Assembly (NCBI GenBank): GCA_976551045.1
Contig: CDPCPM010000037.1
Location: forward strand, 28,520,001 to 28,584,000
DNA from: Glaucostegus cemiculus
Lineage: Eukaryota
Length of the DNA stretch: 64,000 bases
Direction of reading: 5' to 3'
A model generated the notes under the pieces. The model ran no database searches. It was not told the DNA's origin and saw only the letters and a program-made list of their open reading frames with translations. A program made the translations under genes and the position numbers. This document shows, one piece after another, positions 1 through 11,165 of the stretch. How positions within the stretch are numbered: the stretch's first letter is position 1; every line of letters starts with the position of its first letter.

Positions 1-182
1 CTCTGTAACTGCGACAATTTACTCTGTACTGTTATTGTTTTTACTTGTACTACCTCAATTCACTCTGTACTAACTCAATGTAACTGCACTGTGTAATGAA
101 TTGACCTGTACGATCGTTATGCAAGAGAGTTTTTCACTCTACCTCGGTACAAGTGAAAATAATAAACCAATACCAATACCAA
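1..182 (+). mobile_element. Rex1/Babar-like LINE 3' tail
   Basis: Ends in gtgaaaataataaaccaataccaatacca; near-identical to the tail copy at 48705-48978 and homologous to the tail of the RT-bearing Rex1-like copy at 48630-50075. Confidence 0.7.
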
Positions 183-401
183 TTCTTTTTCAGTCCTTTC
201 CCATTGGGAAAGCTTGGAAAAGCATGTACCACCAGGCTCAAGGACAGCTTCTATCCTGCTGTTATCAGACCCTTGAATGGACTTCTCATATGCTAAAAGA
301 TGATCTGTTGATCTCCCAATCTACCTTGTCATGGCCTTGACACTTTATTTGTCTACCTGCACTCCTACTCTGTCGCTGTAACACTGTAACTCTGTAACAC
401 A

Positions 402-793
402 ATGTTATTTCCACTGGTGGGTGGGACTAGAACTGGGGGACATGGCCTCAAGATTCAGGGAAATAGATTTAGGATGGAGGTGAGGAGAAATTACTTTTCC
501 CAGAGAGTAGTGAATCTATGGAATTCTCTGCCTAGGGAAGCAGTAGAGGCTGCCTCATTAAATATAGTTAAGACACAGTTAGATTTTTGCATAGTAGGGG
601 AATTAAGGGTTATGGGGAAAAGGCAGTTGGGTGGAGCTGAGTCCACGGTCAGATCAGCCATGATCTTATTGAATGGCAGAGCAGAGTCAAAGGGCCAGGT
701 TGTCATGATTCTGAGTACTGGCCCTTGATATGGTTCATTAGATGCCTCGTTGTACAGCACATGGATTCCATGCTGGACTTATTTCTTATGTTT
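402..793 (+). mobile_element. CR1 (HER1-like) LINE 3' fragment
   Basis: ORF 402..728 begins LFPLVGGTRTGGHGLKIQGNRFRMEVRRNYFSQRVVNLWNSLP, the typical CR1 ORF2 C-terminus; ends in tatttcttatgtt. Confidence 0.9.
701..779 (+). mobile_element. 79-bp LTR terminal fragment (TGTCATGA...)
   Basis: Reverse complement of 24020-24098 with 2 mismatches in 79 bp. Confidence 0.8.
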
Positions 794-1364
794 TTAAAAC
801 ACTATATTCTGCATTCTATTTTCCTTTTTACTACCTTGATGTACTTAAGTATGGAATAATCTGTCTGGATGGCAAACAAACTAAAGCTTTTCACTGTATC
901 TCAGTACATTTAACAATAATAAACTAATACTGATTAGTTAGATAAATTTAAGTTAATAGACAATTGGATTAGAGAAGTATTGAAGGAACTTCTTTTCAGA
1001 CATTGAGTGGTGGGACCTGGAACTCACTGCCTGGATAGTTGATGATATAAACCCTCACTACATTTACATAACACCAGAGACTGTCACAATCTACTCAGGA
1101 AGTTGGACTAAACTAAAGACTCCATTGTTGGCAAGAAAAACCACAATGGGACATACTGCCTCCTCCTTTGAAGAAAGTTTCTCTGATTCTATGATTTTTT
1201 TTTGATCCAATTTCTACCCCAGTTTGCTTCAGGTTGACTCCACTCATTCCACTGTCAATGAATTGAGGCCATCCAAAACTCTGTTTATGTCTTATTTTGT
1301 AGCTGAACCATTTACATGTTCTTCAGCATTTGCATGTTAACTGTTGTTAACCACTTACCATGTT

Positions 1365-1795
1365 AATGTCTTATGAGGATAGTTGAGTGAGCTAGGGCTT
1401 TCCTCTTTGAAGAGGAGGATGAGAAGTGACTTGATAGAGGTGTACAAGATGATGAGAGGTGTATATTGAGTGGACAGTCAGAGACTTTTTCCCAGGGGCA
1501 AAAATGGCTAATGCAAGGGTGCATCATTTTAAGGTGATTGGAAGAAGGTATGGGGGAATGTCAGAGTTCGGTTTTCTACACAGTGGTGGGTGTGCGGAAC
1601 GCACTGACAGCAGAGGTTGTGGGGGCAGATACGTTAGGGATATTTTAAGAGTGTCTTAGATAGCTACATGAATGATTTTTAAAAAAATGGAGGGCTATGT
1701 GGGAGGGAAGGGTTAGATAGATCTTGGAGCAGGATAAAATATCGGCACAACATCGTGGGCTGAAGGGCCTGTACTGTGCTGTAATGTTCTATGTT
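1365..1795 (+). mobile_element. CR1 LINE 3' fragment
   Basis: Frameshifted SYEDRLSELGLF...GDLIEVYKM and GHHFKVIG motifs; tail gggctgaagggcctgtactgtgctgtaatgttctatgtt; closely matches 52190-52570. Confidence 0.9.
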
Positions 1796-1999
1796 GAGTG
1801 ATGCCTTGGTATTAAAATTCTCTCCCATTCTTTCCGATCCTTCCAGGATCACACCTCCCACTCCTGTAGTTCCCGCCAGCCCTAAAATCCCTCACTCGTC
1901 CTTCTCTACTACTGACTACTTCATATTCTGGATACAATTGTTCTTCTAATGGGACTTATGCCTTCAAAGCTCCTAAACACTAAAATTCCCTTCCTTATT

Positions 2000-2275
2000 T
2001 ACTATGGCACAGAAGGTGGTCGCTTGGTCCATTGGATCCATGCCAGCTCCCAGCAGTCCCATTTCCCCCCTCCTTACTTTTCTGTAGCTCTGCAGCCTTT
2101 CCATATATTCTCTTACAACACAGTTAACCTACTAGCACACCTTTGGTATGTGGGAGGAAATAGTGCCTGTAGCAGAAACCCACATGGTGATAGAGAAAAT
2201 GGGCAGAGTCCACACAGACAGCACCTGATGTCAAGATCAAAGAGCTGCAGCACTAACTCCTGCACCAACATGCCA
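2000..2275 (-). mobile_element. Old V-domain SINE (HE1-like)
   Basis: tgtgggaggaaa...gaaacccacatgg V-domain signature in reverse orientation, with a CR1-like tail. Confidence 0.6.
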
Positions 2276-3509
2276 TCATCTACCTCTTTCCTCCTATCAG
2301 GTGCTCCTTTTGCAACTCCCTCCAGCCAAGCCTAATTTTCAACAGTCTTCACATCTTATTTCCTTTTTGTGGATTCAAATTCAGAATTAATGTTTCTGTG
2401 AAGGATTTTGCTTTGCTAAAGGTGCTTTATAAATGTAAGTTGATTATGGGGGCAGCTTGTAACCAGTTATACATCTTCCACACAACCATTCTCATTAAGG
2501 TAAGATATGTTTGTCTTCTGAGGAAAAAAAATTAGTATAGTTTGTAATCTTCAGCTGTGAGTCTGGTATTAAATCTCATGTTAATTCAAAGTGAAGCAGT
2601 AACATTTGCAAAACCAACGTCACCCCAATTAGCAACTGCTTTGAGAAAATGCGTCAGGAGCTTAATAATGGAAGTGCCCATTTCAAAAACTGCACAGGTC
2701 TAGTGAAAAGCTGACGCATTTCTATTCATAATTACCTTTTCAAGAAATGCTGGAACCCATGAAATCTGCTTGCTATATCTGACCAGACAAGATCCTACAT
2801 GCAAAGTTTGAATTACAGTAAAACAAGTAATACAAGAACACATTAACTGGACAGACAGAACATTGCTGTCTGCTTTTAAGAGGATTACAGCAGGCACATC
2901 TCTAGTATCAGACCCACTGAACTCCGTATCTTCCTCAATTACTGATCTGATTTCAATGCAGATTTTGGTGTTGAAGCTGCTTCTAATTGCTTTTACAAGC
3001 AGACCAAGTACTTAGAAAGAATATAGAGCTTTGGTAGAAGTCAAAAGAGGACAATTAGCAATGTGAAAAAAGAGCTGGACTGAGTCTTGCATCAGTGGTG
3101 TCCAGAAAACTTAGAGAGGGGTGAATCTGAGACGTTCAAGTGACAAGGAATCCAGACTAGATGATACTTGGGTTGAATTGTTCCAACTTGCATTGTTCCA
3201 AATTGGATAGTTGAGTACTAATTTGAGATTTCCAGTTTCTTCACCAATTTTTTTTTTAGTGAGCAGGGACAAATGCATAGACATTTGATTGGCAATGTTC
3301 GCCTCATTTGGGAAATCTAAGGATAGACTGGAAAGAGGCCTTTGGCTTCATTAACTCTTTTTGGACAAACTACCAATGTTGTGCCTCAGCAGGGAATTTG
3401 ATGGGGTTAAAGTGTGGGGCAACTGATTTCCTGGCAATGGTCCAAAACCAAGTTCAGGACAAGGGAGGCATAGGGGAGAGCTCCAGAGAGGTTGAAATTT
3501 AATGGTATT

Positions 3510-3795
3510 GTACAGCATAGAATCGTGTGTCCTACAGCACAGAACAGGCCCTTTGGCCCATTATATCCATTCTGAACATCAAGCACCCATCCACACTCAT
3601 TCCACTTCCCAGCATTTGCTCCATAGTCTACTATGCCTTGGTAATTCAAGAGCTCACCCAGATACTTTTTAAATGTTCAGAGAGCACCTGCCTCGAACTA
3701 GCTTCTAAGGAAGTGCGTTCCAGATTGCAACCACTCTGGGTGAAAATTCTTTTCAGAAAACCCCCTCTAACATTCTTACTCCCCCACCTGAAACC
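3510..3795 (-). mobile_element. CR1 3' fragment
   Basis: acagcacagaacaggccctttggccca tail; minus ORF contains FTQSGCNL, a degenerate FTQRVV motif. Confidence 0.7.
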
Positions 3796-3809
3796 CTCTA
3801 TCTCCATTA

Positions 3810-4315
3810 TAGGGAAACGTTTCTTGCACGAATACGGCAGAGAGTTGTGGACGCAGCTCGGCACATCATACAAACCAGCCAACCCTCCATGGACTCTGTC
3901 TACACTTCTCGCTGCCTCCATAAAGCAGCCAGCATAATCAAAGACCCCTCTCATCCTGGATGTTCTCACTTCTTCCCCCTCCACCATCAGGCAGAAGATA
4001 TAAAAGCCTGAAAGTACAAACCAACAGGCTCAAGGACAGCTTCTATCCTGCTGTTATAAGATTATTCAACGGACCTTTTGTATGATAAAGTAGACTCTGG
4101 ACCTCACAATCCACCTCATCGTGGCCTTGCACCTTATTGTCTGCCTGCACTGCACTTTCTCTGTAACTGGAGCATTTTATTCTGCATTCTGTTATTGTTT
4201 TCCCTTGTACTACCTTGATATATGGATGTGATGAAATGATCTGTATGGATGGCATGCAAGACAAAGTTTTTCACTAACTTGGTACATGTGACAATAATAA
4301 ACCAATTTACCAATT
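3810..4315 (+). mobile_element. Rex1/Babar-like LINE 3' fragment
   Basis: QRVV...AASIIKDPSHPG...FSPLPSGRRY..RLKDSFYP-type coding remnant plus tail ending aataaaccaatttaccaattt. Confidence 0.85.
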
Positions 4316-4349
4316 TCTCATTATCCACCCTATCTATGCCCCTCCTATC

Positions 4350-4700
4350 AGAGGAAGTTTCCCCTGATGGATGAGAAGAACAGAGGGAACAGATGATGAA
4401 CAGAAATTGTGAGTTCCTCACAATGGTTGTACGGGTGATGAATGAATGTGAAGCTGAAAGTAACGCAGAAGCCAGAGGTTATCTTTGATCTGCAAGGAGT
4501 GCTTACAGTATTGAGTGAGCTTGCCAGAGCTAGCAAAGCTTGAAGTGCTCCAGCCAGGCCTGGCAATGAACAGCTAAGCAGGCACACTGAGGATATGAAA
4601 GCAGAGACCATGCAAGGGAAGTGACCTGGGCAGGAGATGGCAATGGTTTTGCTGGAAGCAAGATAGAAGGCAATGACAATGGTGTGACTGAGCAACTGGA
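4350..4700 (-). mobile_element. Ancient L2-like LINE ORF2 relic
   Basis: Minus-strand remnants HCQAWLEHFK, KDNLWLL and NHCEEL resemble the L2 ORF2 endonuclease-RT linker; heavily decayed. Confidence 0.4.
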
Positions 4701-6004
4701 TTTGGGGGGGGGGGGGGGGTGAGTTTGTGCTGCCAAACATTTCAAAGTAGGTATTATTGCAGCCATGTAGGAGTAATTGAGCATTTATCATGAGTCATAA
4801 TTTGTCATACCTCACCAAAAGAAAGATTACTTTTTGCTAAATGTCACTGTTTTGGCTCTCTGAATATTTTGTACAACTTGCCAGGATTTTAGAAAAACTG
4901 GATTAGTGTTGCTTTGTCCCACTTGTCATTCCTGTAGGGCACAGACTAGTGGTGGATTAGGGCTACATAGTTGCCAGCTTCCTGCAATCAATTATGTGAA
5001 ATAAGCTATTCATCTATGCAAGTCACCACAACTAGACCCAGTCCCACTCCTAACAAAGCAGAAAGCAAGCAAGGGGGAGAAACCCAATTGATATGAACCT
5101 CCCCTTGCAATGGTGAGCTGGCCTGTGAGGAACTCTTTCCTAACACCTTGTCTGTCTTCTGGTTTATTCTGGATTTACAATTAAATCTAAGGATAATGAG
5201 GAATTGCAACATTATTGTGCATCTTATAAAAGAAATGACAATGGATTTTGGTGCCCAAGTTTGACTAAAAAAGCAAGAAAGTTCTCACTGAAACCACACT
5301 GGCAATGTTCAGCTTTAAAAAAAAGCAAACCATCTTAAGACAAATAAGCATTCAGAAGACAAGTATTCAGGTCGAAACTGCCAAGCTAAAGCAGGTGGAT
5401 TGAGCATAGAATGCCCTTATGGAAGCAAGGCTCCATCTACCTTTTACCAAATGGCATAACAGTCAAAATTCATCAGCTTTGCAACCCAGATGAATTTAAG
5501 TGCCAAAACCAAAAGGGGAAGGTCTTTGTGTAAAGTAAGTGACAGGCACCTTTGAGTTGCTCTCCAGATTTGTTTTAACGTCACTGAGATGGAGAGAAAT
5601 CAAAAGCAGGTGAGGGATGTAAACAGGTTTTGGCTTGACGTCTTCAGCCTTACACCATTACACTATGTCCAAATCAGCCCCATTCGCTTTGTATTGCGTG
5701 ACTTCACTGCCCTCCTTCTGGATGATCATTAAATCACAGTTGCCTTCATTCATTACACTTCACTGTCTCAGATGCTGCAAATTCATTAATCTACTCTTTA
5801 ATAACTATGGCAATTAAGACCCAGGGTGAATGGAAAATTGTAGATAATGCAGGTGTCATGATTGTTATAGATTTACTTAAAGGAGTCGAACCTGTCCTTT
5901 TGGGGCTCCTATTACAAATCAGACTTACAAAGATAAAGCTGACAACCTTTTGTGATATTTTTTATTTGTTTTAAGTAGCTCTGATTAACACTGAATGCTG
6001 TTGG

Positions 6005-6175
6005 AGTCAGTGGTGTGGAGGAGTTACTAAGCTTGCCAGTGTGAGGGAGCTGAATTAGCGCACACAGTCAAAATGACAAGCTCGCTGCAGCAGCCGAGGT
6101 TAATGACTGCATCTCGTGATGTTAGTCAGCTCCCTCACACAGTCAGCCTTAGTAACCCCTCGCATTCCACTTCAT
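6005..6175. repeat. ~170-nt imperfect palindrome / long hairpin
   Basis: gtgtgagggagctga (6039-6053) is the exact reverse complement of tcagctccctcacac (6126-6140); gttactaag (6023-6031) pairs with cttagtaac (6148-6156); inner pairs cagtca/tgactg and ctcg-ctg/cag-ccgag centre near 6089. Confidence 0.85.
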
Positions 6176-6679
6176 TGTCTTAACCTCTGTGGAAAGTGCA
6201 GTGGGAGCAGCTGTCACCAGTTAAAAGTGACGGTTACTAAAACATGTAGAAGGCTTTATTTAGCTGGTAATGTCTTAATTGGCTTATCTTATTCACCCCC
6301 AAACAGTTCTTCAGCAACATCTTGCAAACCTATGACCTCATCATCCCAGGCCAAGGGCAGCAAGGAGCATGGGAAAAGCAACTTGAAGTCAAATACTATC
6401 CTGCTGTGGAAAAATATCTCCACTCCATCAAAACCAGGGAACACCCGAGTTAACGGCGTCAAAGGCATTTAAAAAGGAGACACACAGTAGTCTTGGCATC
6501 AAAGTTGAGGGCCTTGGAATAAAATGGGCAAGAGCAGCATGTTTGAAAAGTTGACCAGGTAACAGGAACAAGAAAGCGATCACAAGAGTTTGCTTTTGAG
6601 ACTGGAGGGAACTCTTGCCAGACATCTACCCTGGGGGTTAGTAAAAAGATTGCTCTTTTCTTAATTCACCATAATCTAG

Positions 6680-7008
6680 ATTTGTGCGTATGAGGACATC
6701 TTCAGGAGGCGGTGCCTTAAGAAGGCTGCCATCACTAAGGACCCTCACCATCTGGGACATTCCCTCTTCTCGTTACTACCATCGGGGAGGAGGTACAGGA
6801 GCCTGAAGACCCACACTCAATTATTCAGAAACTGCTTCTTCCCCTCTGCCATCGGATTTCTGAACAACCCATGAACACAATCTTGTTATTCCTTTTTTTG
6901 CACTATATTTTTGTAATTTATAGTAATTTTATGGCTTTTAACTGTACTGCTGCTGCATGACAACAAATTTCACTTTATATAAGGTAGTGATAATAAATCA
7001 GAATCTGA
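6680..7008 (+). mobile_element. Rex1/Babar-like LINE 3' fragment (second subfamily)
   Basis: KDPHHLGHSLFSLLPSGRRYRSLKTHTQ.FRNCFFPSAI remnant; tail ends gataataaatcagaatctga. Confidence 0.8.
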
Positions 7009-7009
7009 G

Positions 7010-7868
7010 GCACAGTTTCCAAATTTGCAGATGACATGAAACTTGGAGGTGCAGTGAACTGTGAAGAAGAGAGCAAGAGATGTGGAATGGGTGATGGGGG
7101 GTGAAACTTAATCTGGAGAAAGATAAAGTATTATACTTTAAGAAGAAAGAGAAGAGACAATGTAAACTTGACAGTGCAATTCTAACAGGTACAGGAACAG
7201 AAAGACCCTGGGTTACACATGAAGAGTTCACTAAGTGTCACGACAGGTTGAGAAAATAATTTTTATATGCAGGATCTTGGGCTTGATGAATAGAGGCACA
7301 GAGTATAAAAGTGGGGAAGTCATGATGATCTTTATTAAACACCAGTTCTGTCATAAATGGAGCATTGTGTCCAGTTCTGGCTGCTGCCTTTAGGAGATGT
7401 TTGATAGCCCTGGGGAAGATGCAGAAGAGACTTACCAGAATTATTCCAGAAATGAGGCGGTCTGTGGATAAATTGGAGGTGCTGGAGTTGTCCTCCTTGG
7501 AACAGAGGAGGTTATAAGGAGATCTCTTAGGTGTATTTAAAAGTATGAAGGGGAAAGAAAGAGTAGATGGAGAGAAACTGTTCTAATTGGTTGATGGTCA
7601 AGAATAGGGAGAAATGGAATCAAAATGGTTGGAGGAAAAAAAGGAACATAAACTTTTTTACAATGAGTGGTTAGGGTCTGGACTATACTGCCAGAATTAG
7701 CAGTGGAGCAAAAATTAATTGTAGCATTGAAAAAAAGAACTGGATAAGTGACAAAGGAATTTGCAGGTGTGTTTGGGAATGGGATTAATTAGTCTGCTCT
7801 TGCATGGAGATAGTATATATGCAATGGGCTGAATAGTCTCCCTCCCTGCTATATTCAATGATTCTGAG
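7010..7868 (+). mobile_element. Old CR1 LINE 3' fragment (RT C-terminal half)
   Basis: tccaaatttgcagatgacatgaaacttgga (SKFADDMKLG), EHCVQFW and EQRRL.GDL remnants with many stops and frameshifts. Confidence 0.85.
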
Positions 7869-7927
7869 TACATTCAACACATGGACTGGAGCAGTACAAG
7901 AAGGTGACTCACCTCCATTTTCTCAAG

Positions 7928-8270
7928 GGCGGCCCAATAGCGTAGCGGTTAGCGCGATGCTGTTACAGCGTCAGTGATCGGGGTTCAATTCCCGTCGCTG
8001 ACTAAGGAATTTGTACATTCTCCCGTGTCTGCGTGGGTTTCCTCCGGGTGCTCCGATTTCCTCCCACATTCTAAAGATGTACGGGTAGGTTAATTTGGGT
8101 GTATAAAATGGGCGGCGTGGACTCGTTGGGCCGAAAGGGCCTGTTACCATGCTGTAAATAAAATTTAAAAATCCTATCAAATTTTAAAATTTAATTTTTA
8201 AATTTTAAATTTAAATAAAAAAATTAAAATGTAATTTAATTTAAACAAATTAAAAAATTTAAAATAAATA
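7928..8270 (+). mobile_element. Young tRNA-head V-SINE with CR1-type tail and AT-rich simple repeat
   Basis: A-box tagcgtagcgg, B-box ggttcaattcc, V-domain gtgggtttcctccgggtgctccgatttcctcccaca, tail gggccgaaagggcctgttacc; inserted into an older element tail (ctcaagggc|aggatgggcaataaatgctg). Confidence 0.9.
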
Positions 8271-8569
8271 AAGGATGGGCAATAAATGCTGTGTATGCCA
8301 TAATGCCCAAGACTAATGCATGAACTAGAAATCCTGATTCCTCTTTCTCTGGGAATATTCAAGCTTAATTTTCCATCACTACCGTGTACTCTGTGAGATC
8401 AGAATCCCTGGTCAGGGGAAATAAAAGCAGTGTTCCTTCATTAATCCTTCAGTCTGTACCAGATTAGCTGCCTTAACATGAGAGCATAACACAGGTGTGA
8501 TGCAAATCTGCACTTGATCACTATTCCTCCAACATGTTAAGTGCAATGAAAAATGTTGTATTTTTTTGT

Positions 8570-8820
8570 ATGATAACCAAAGGCATTTCACAACCAGCCA
8601 ATGAAAAGGCAAAGGAAAAAGCATTTGGCTGAAACTGAGGAACCTCGGTTCCATTCACCAGGAGAACACACAGAAAGCCAGAGTGAACCACAGAAGGATG
8701 ACTCCACCTCTACCCAAGTGCTCTTCTCATCAAACGTTTCCTGCCACACCTGTAGCAAAATCTGTGGGCCTCACACCAGCCTCCTTGACCACTGTACAAC
8801 TGGAGTAGAAGCAAGACCCT
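8570..8820 (+). mobile_element. RTE-like LINE 3' end relic
   Basis: ORF 8601..8828 ends in CHTCSKICGPHTSLLDH..TGVEA, resembling the C-terminal zinc-finger-like end of RTE ORFs. Confidence 0.55.
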
Positions 8821-8859
8821 GGCTCTAGAGAACTTCGTAAGAAGGGAGAGAATACAACA

Positions 8860-9080
8860 GGCAATTTGTGTACAGCAAGCCCCCACCTACAGAAATTAAA
8901 TAAATGATCAAATAGAGTTTTACCGATATTGAGTTAGGGATAAGTATTGGCCAGCTTTCTGGGAATAATTCCACCGATCTTCCATGGAACTTTTTACTTC
9001 TGCCTGAGAGGCCAATCTCTTAAACTTCACATCCAGAAGCCGGGACCTTCAAAATTTCAGGGGCCTCTCAGTGGCACCCT
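8860..9080 (-). mobile_element. Deu-domain SINE relic (SacSINE1/AmnSINE1-like)
   Basis: caatttgtgtacagcaagcccccac...aaatgatca and ccatggaactttttacttctgcctgagag match the Deu-domain core in reverse. Confidence 0.55.
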
Positions 9081-9474
9081 GACCCTTCCTGTGCTACAGT
9101 CTTGTTCTCACAGACTTCTGCCTCAGAGCCTCAGCTGGAAAAATAATGGAGGGACTTTTCCTGCTATTCAAATTGCAATACATTTCAATAATTTATTCTT
9201 CACAGTTGGTTTTATTTGCTTAAGCAACTTCATGCATAAGAAAAGTTTTACAGCATTCTTATTCTTCAAAGCCTATTCACAGGGTGATTTTTCTTTTAGA
9301 CAGAAGCTTTGGGAAATAAGTCACTGGGGAGGTGTGCGATGAAAGGGACCCAGATATTTTGAATTCACACCAGAGACTTGAAGTATACCTGTGCTTGCTC
9401 ACAGATCTTCGATTTCACTGATGTGAGCACAGTGAATTGTTCTATCTTTCAGCCTTTTCTCAGTGTTCCCTCTG

Positions 9475-9790
9475 CTGACTTGGGTCGTGGGTTTAAGTCC
9501 TCACTTCACGCTGTCAGGTTAAAAGCGCTGTGTAATGGACAGGACTTTAAACTGACTTCGCATCGGCCTTCTTGGGTAGGTTCTCCTCCGACCTTGGCCA
9601 GTTTTAATCCATCAGTTAATACCATCCGAACAGATTATGTGGTCTATTATTGCATTGCTGTTTATTAGACCTTGCCATGTGGAAGTTGGCAGCCATGATT
9701 CCCCCGCATTTCATTTCAAAAATTCACTTCACTTCAGCAACACCTGAGGTTCTTTTGAGTTTTTGAAAATTGCCATAGAAATGTTGGAAA
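9475..9790 (+). mobile_element. Deu-domain SINE relic
   Basis: cagattatgtggtctattattgcattgctgtttattagaccttgccatgtggaagttggcagcc resembles the Deu-domain core; L2-like tail follows. Confidence 0.55.
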
Positions 9791-9999
9791 TGCATTCCAT
9801 TGACCCACACAATGGAAAACAGATTCGTCTGTTCTTTCAGATTTTTATTCTTAAATTCTTACTACTTTGAATTTTGTAATTTTAATTCATGTTTTAAGTT
9901 TGGGCCCTTAAGTTGGTGATCAGTTCAGAGTATGACAGTCACATCAATGTTCACCTTTGTGGTTGACGGTTCCAAAACGCCTGCATGAATTCTGCCCTC

Positions 10000-10440
10000 A
10001 TAGAGTAAGACAGCATGGAAACAGCCCCTTCGGCCCAACTGGTCCGTGCCAGTCAGGATGCCCATCTAAGCTAGTCCCATTTGCCTGTGTTTGGCCCATA
10101 TCCCTGTAAACCTTTCCTATCCATGTACCTGTCCAAGTGTCTTTTAAATGTTGTTAATGTACCTGCCTCAACCACTTCCTCTGGCAGCTCATTCCATATT
10201 CAGACCACCTTCTGGGTGAAAAAGTTGCCCCTCAGATTCCTATTAAATCTCTCCCCTCTCTCCTTAAACCTATGCTGTCTAGTTCTTGATTACCCAACCC
10301 TGTGAAAAAGGCAGTGTGCATTTACCCTATCTATGCCCCTCATGATTTTATACATCTCTGCAAGATCACCCCTCATTCTCCTGTGCTCCATTGAATAAAG
10401 TCCTAGTCTGATCTGCTCTCTCTATAACCCAGTCTCTCAT
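10000..10440 (-). mobile_element. CR1 LINE 3' fragment
   Basis: Reverse strand encodes RGNFFTQKVV.IWNELPEEVVEAGTLTTFKRHLDRYM; standard CR1 tail. Confidence 0.9.
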
Positions 10441-10444
10441 GATC

Positions 10445-10710
10445 ATCTCCAAACTTAATCGCCAGATCATTGGCAGCTGTGCCTTCAGCTACTGACCCCC
10501 TTGGCTCTGGAATTCCCTCCCCAAACTTTTCAGCTCCTCCACCTTCCTTTCCTCCCTTAATAAGCAGCTAAACCTATCTCTTTGGGCAAAATCTTCATCC
10601 TCCAAACTTAATTTCACCTTATGGAGCCTGTGTCAATTTGACTTTGATCTTACTCCTGTGTAGTGCCTCAGGATGTTTTGCTATATTAAAGGAGCTACAT
10701 AATTGAAGCT
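10445..10710 (+). mobile_element. L2 LINE 3' end
   Basis: gccttcagct...ctctggaattccctcccc (AFS...LWNSLP) and tail gcctcaggatgttttgctatattaaaggagcta; similar relics at 18290-18595 (+), 33445-33660 (-) and 47630-47890 (+). Confidence 0.6.
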
Positions 10711-10869
10711 TATATTGCTGAGTGAGTACACTGGAATTAAAGACTTTTTTTTCTGACTTCACTGTATTGAATGACCAGGTGGAGCCAATGGTTTTGTGTT
10801 ACAGTTTTATGCCTTGCAGGAGTTGAGATTGATCAAACTATCCTCACCATGGTTTCTTACTTATTACAA

Positions 10870-11165
10870 CTCAGAAGAGGCCTCTTGACCCATCTGGGTC
10901 CATGCTTGCCTCGAGTAGGATAATCCCATTGCTCCCATTTCCCATTATTTCCCAGTGGCCCAGCATTTATTTTGCACCCCACATCCATTAACTCACAGTT
11001 GATTCTTTTGCCTACGCTAGAGGTCACTTTACAGTGGCCAATTAACCCACCAGCATATCTTTGGGATGTGGGAGGAAACCAGAGCCCTTGGAAGAAATCC
11101 ATGCAGGGAGAATATGGAAGTCCACACACAGGTCAGCATCCAACAGGGTTTCTAGGGCTATGAGG
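10870..11165 (-). mobile_element. V-domain SINE
   Basis: gggatgtgggaggaaaccagagcccttggaagaaatccatgcaggg V-domain in reverse; similar copies at 16900-17100, 22450-22765, 29410-29680 and 63455-63800. Confidence 0.7.

Larger units (their letters stand above)
205..930 (+). mobile_element. Rex1/Babar-like LINE 3' fragment interrupted by a CR1 fragment
   Basis: accaccaggctcaaggacagcttctatcc (TRLKDSFYP-type C-terminus) followed by the tail, which resumes at ~795 (aacactatattctgcattc) after the insertion. Confidence 0.7.

Noticed and set aside
4405-4424. aattgtgagttcctcacaat, resembling the symmetric lac operator
   Set aside because: The centre differs from lacO, there is no vector context, and it lies within a decayed LINE-like relic; chance palindrome.
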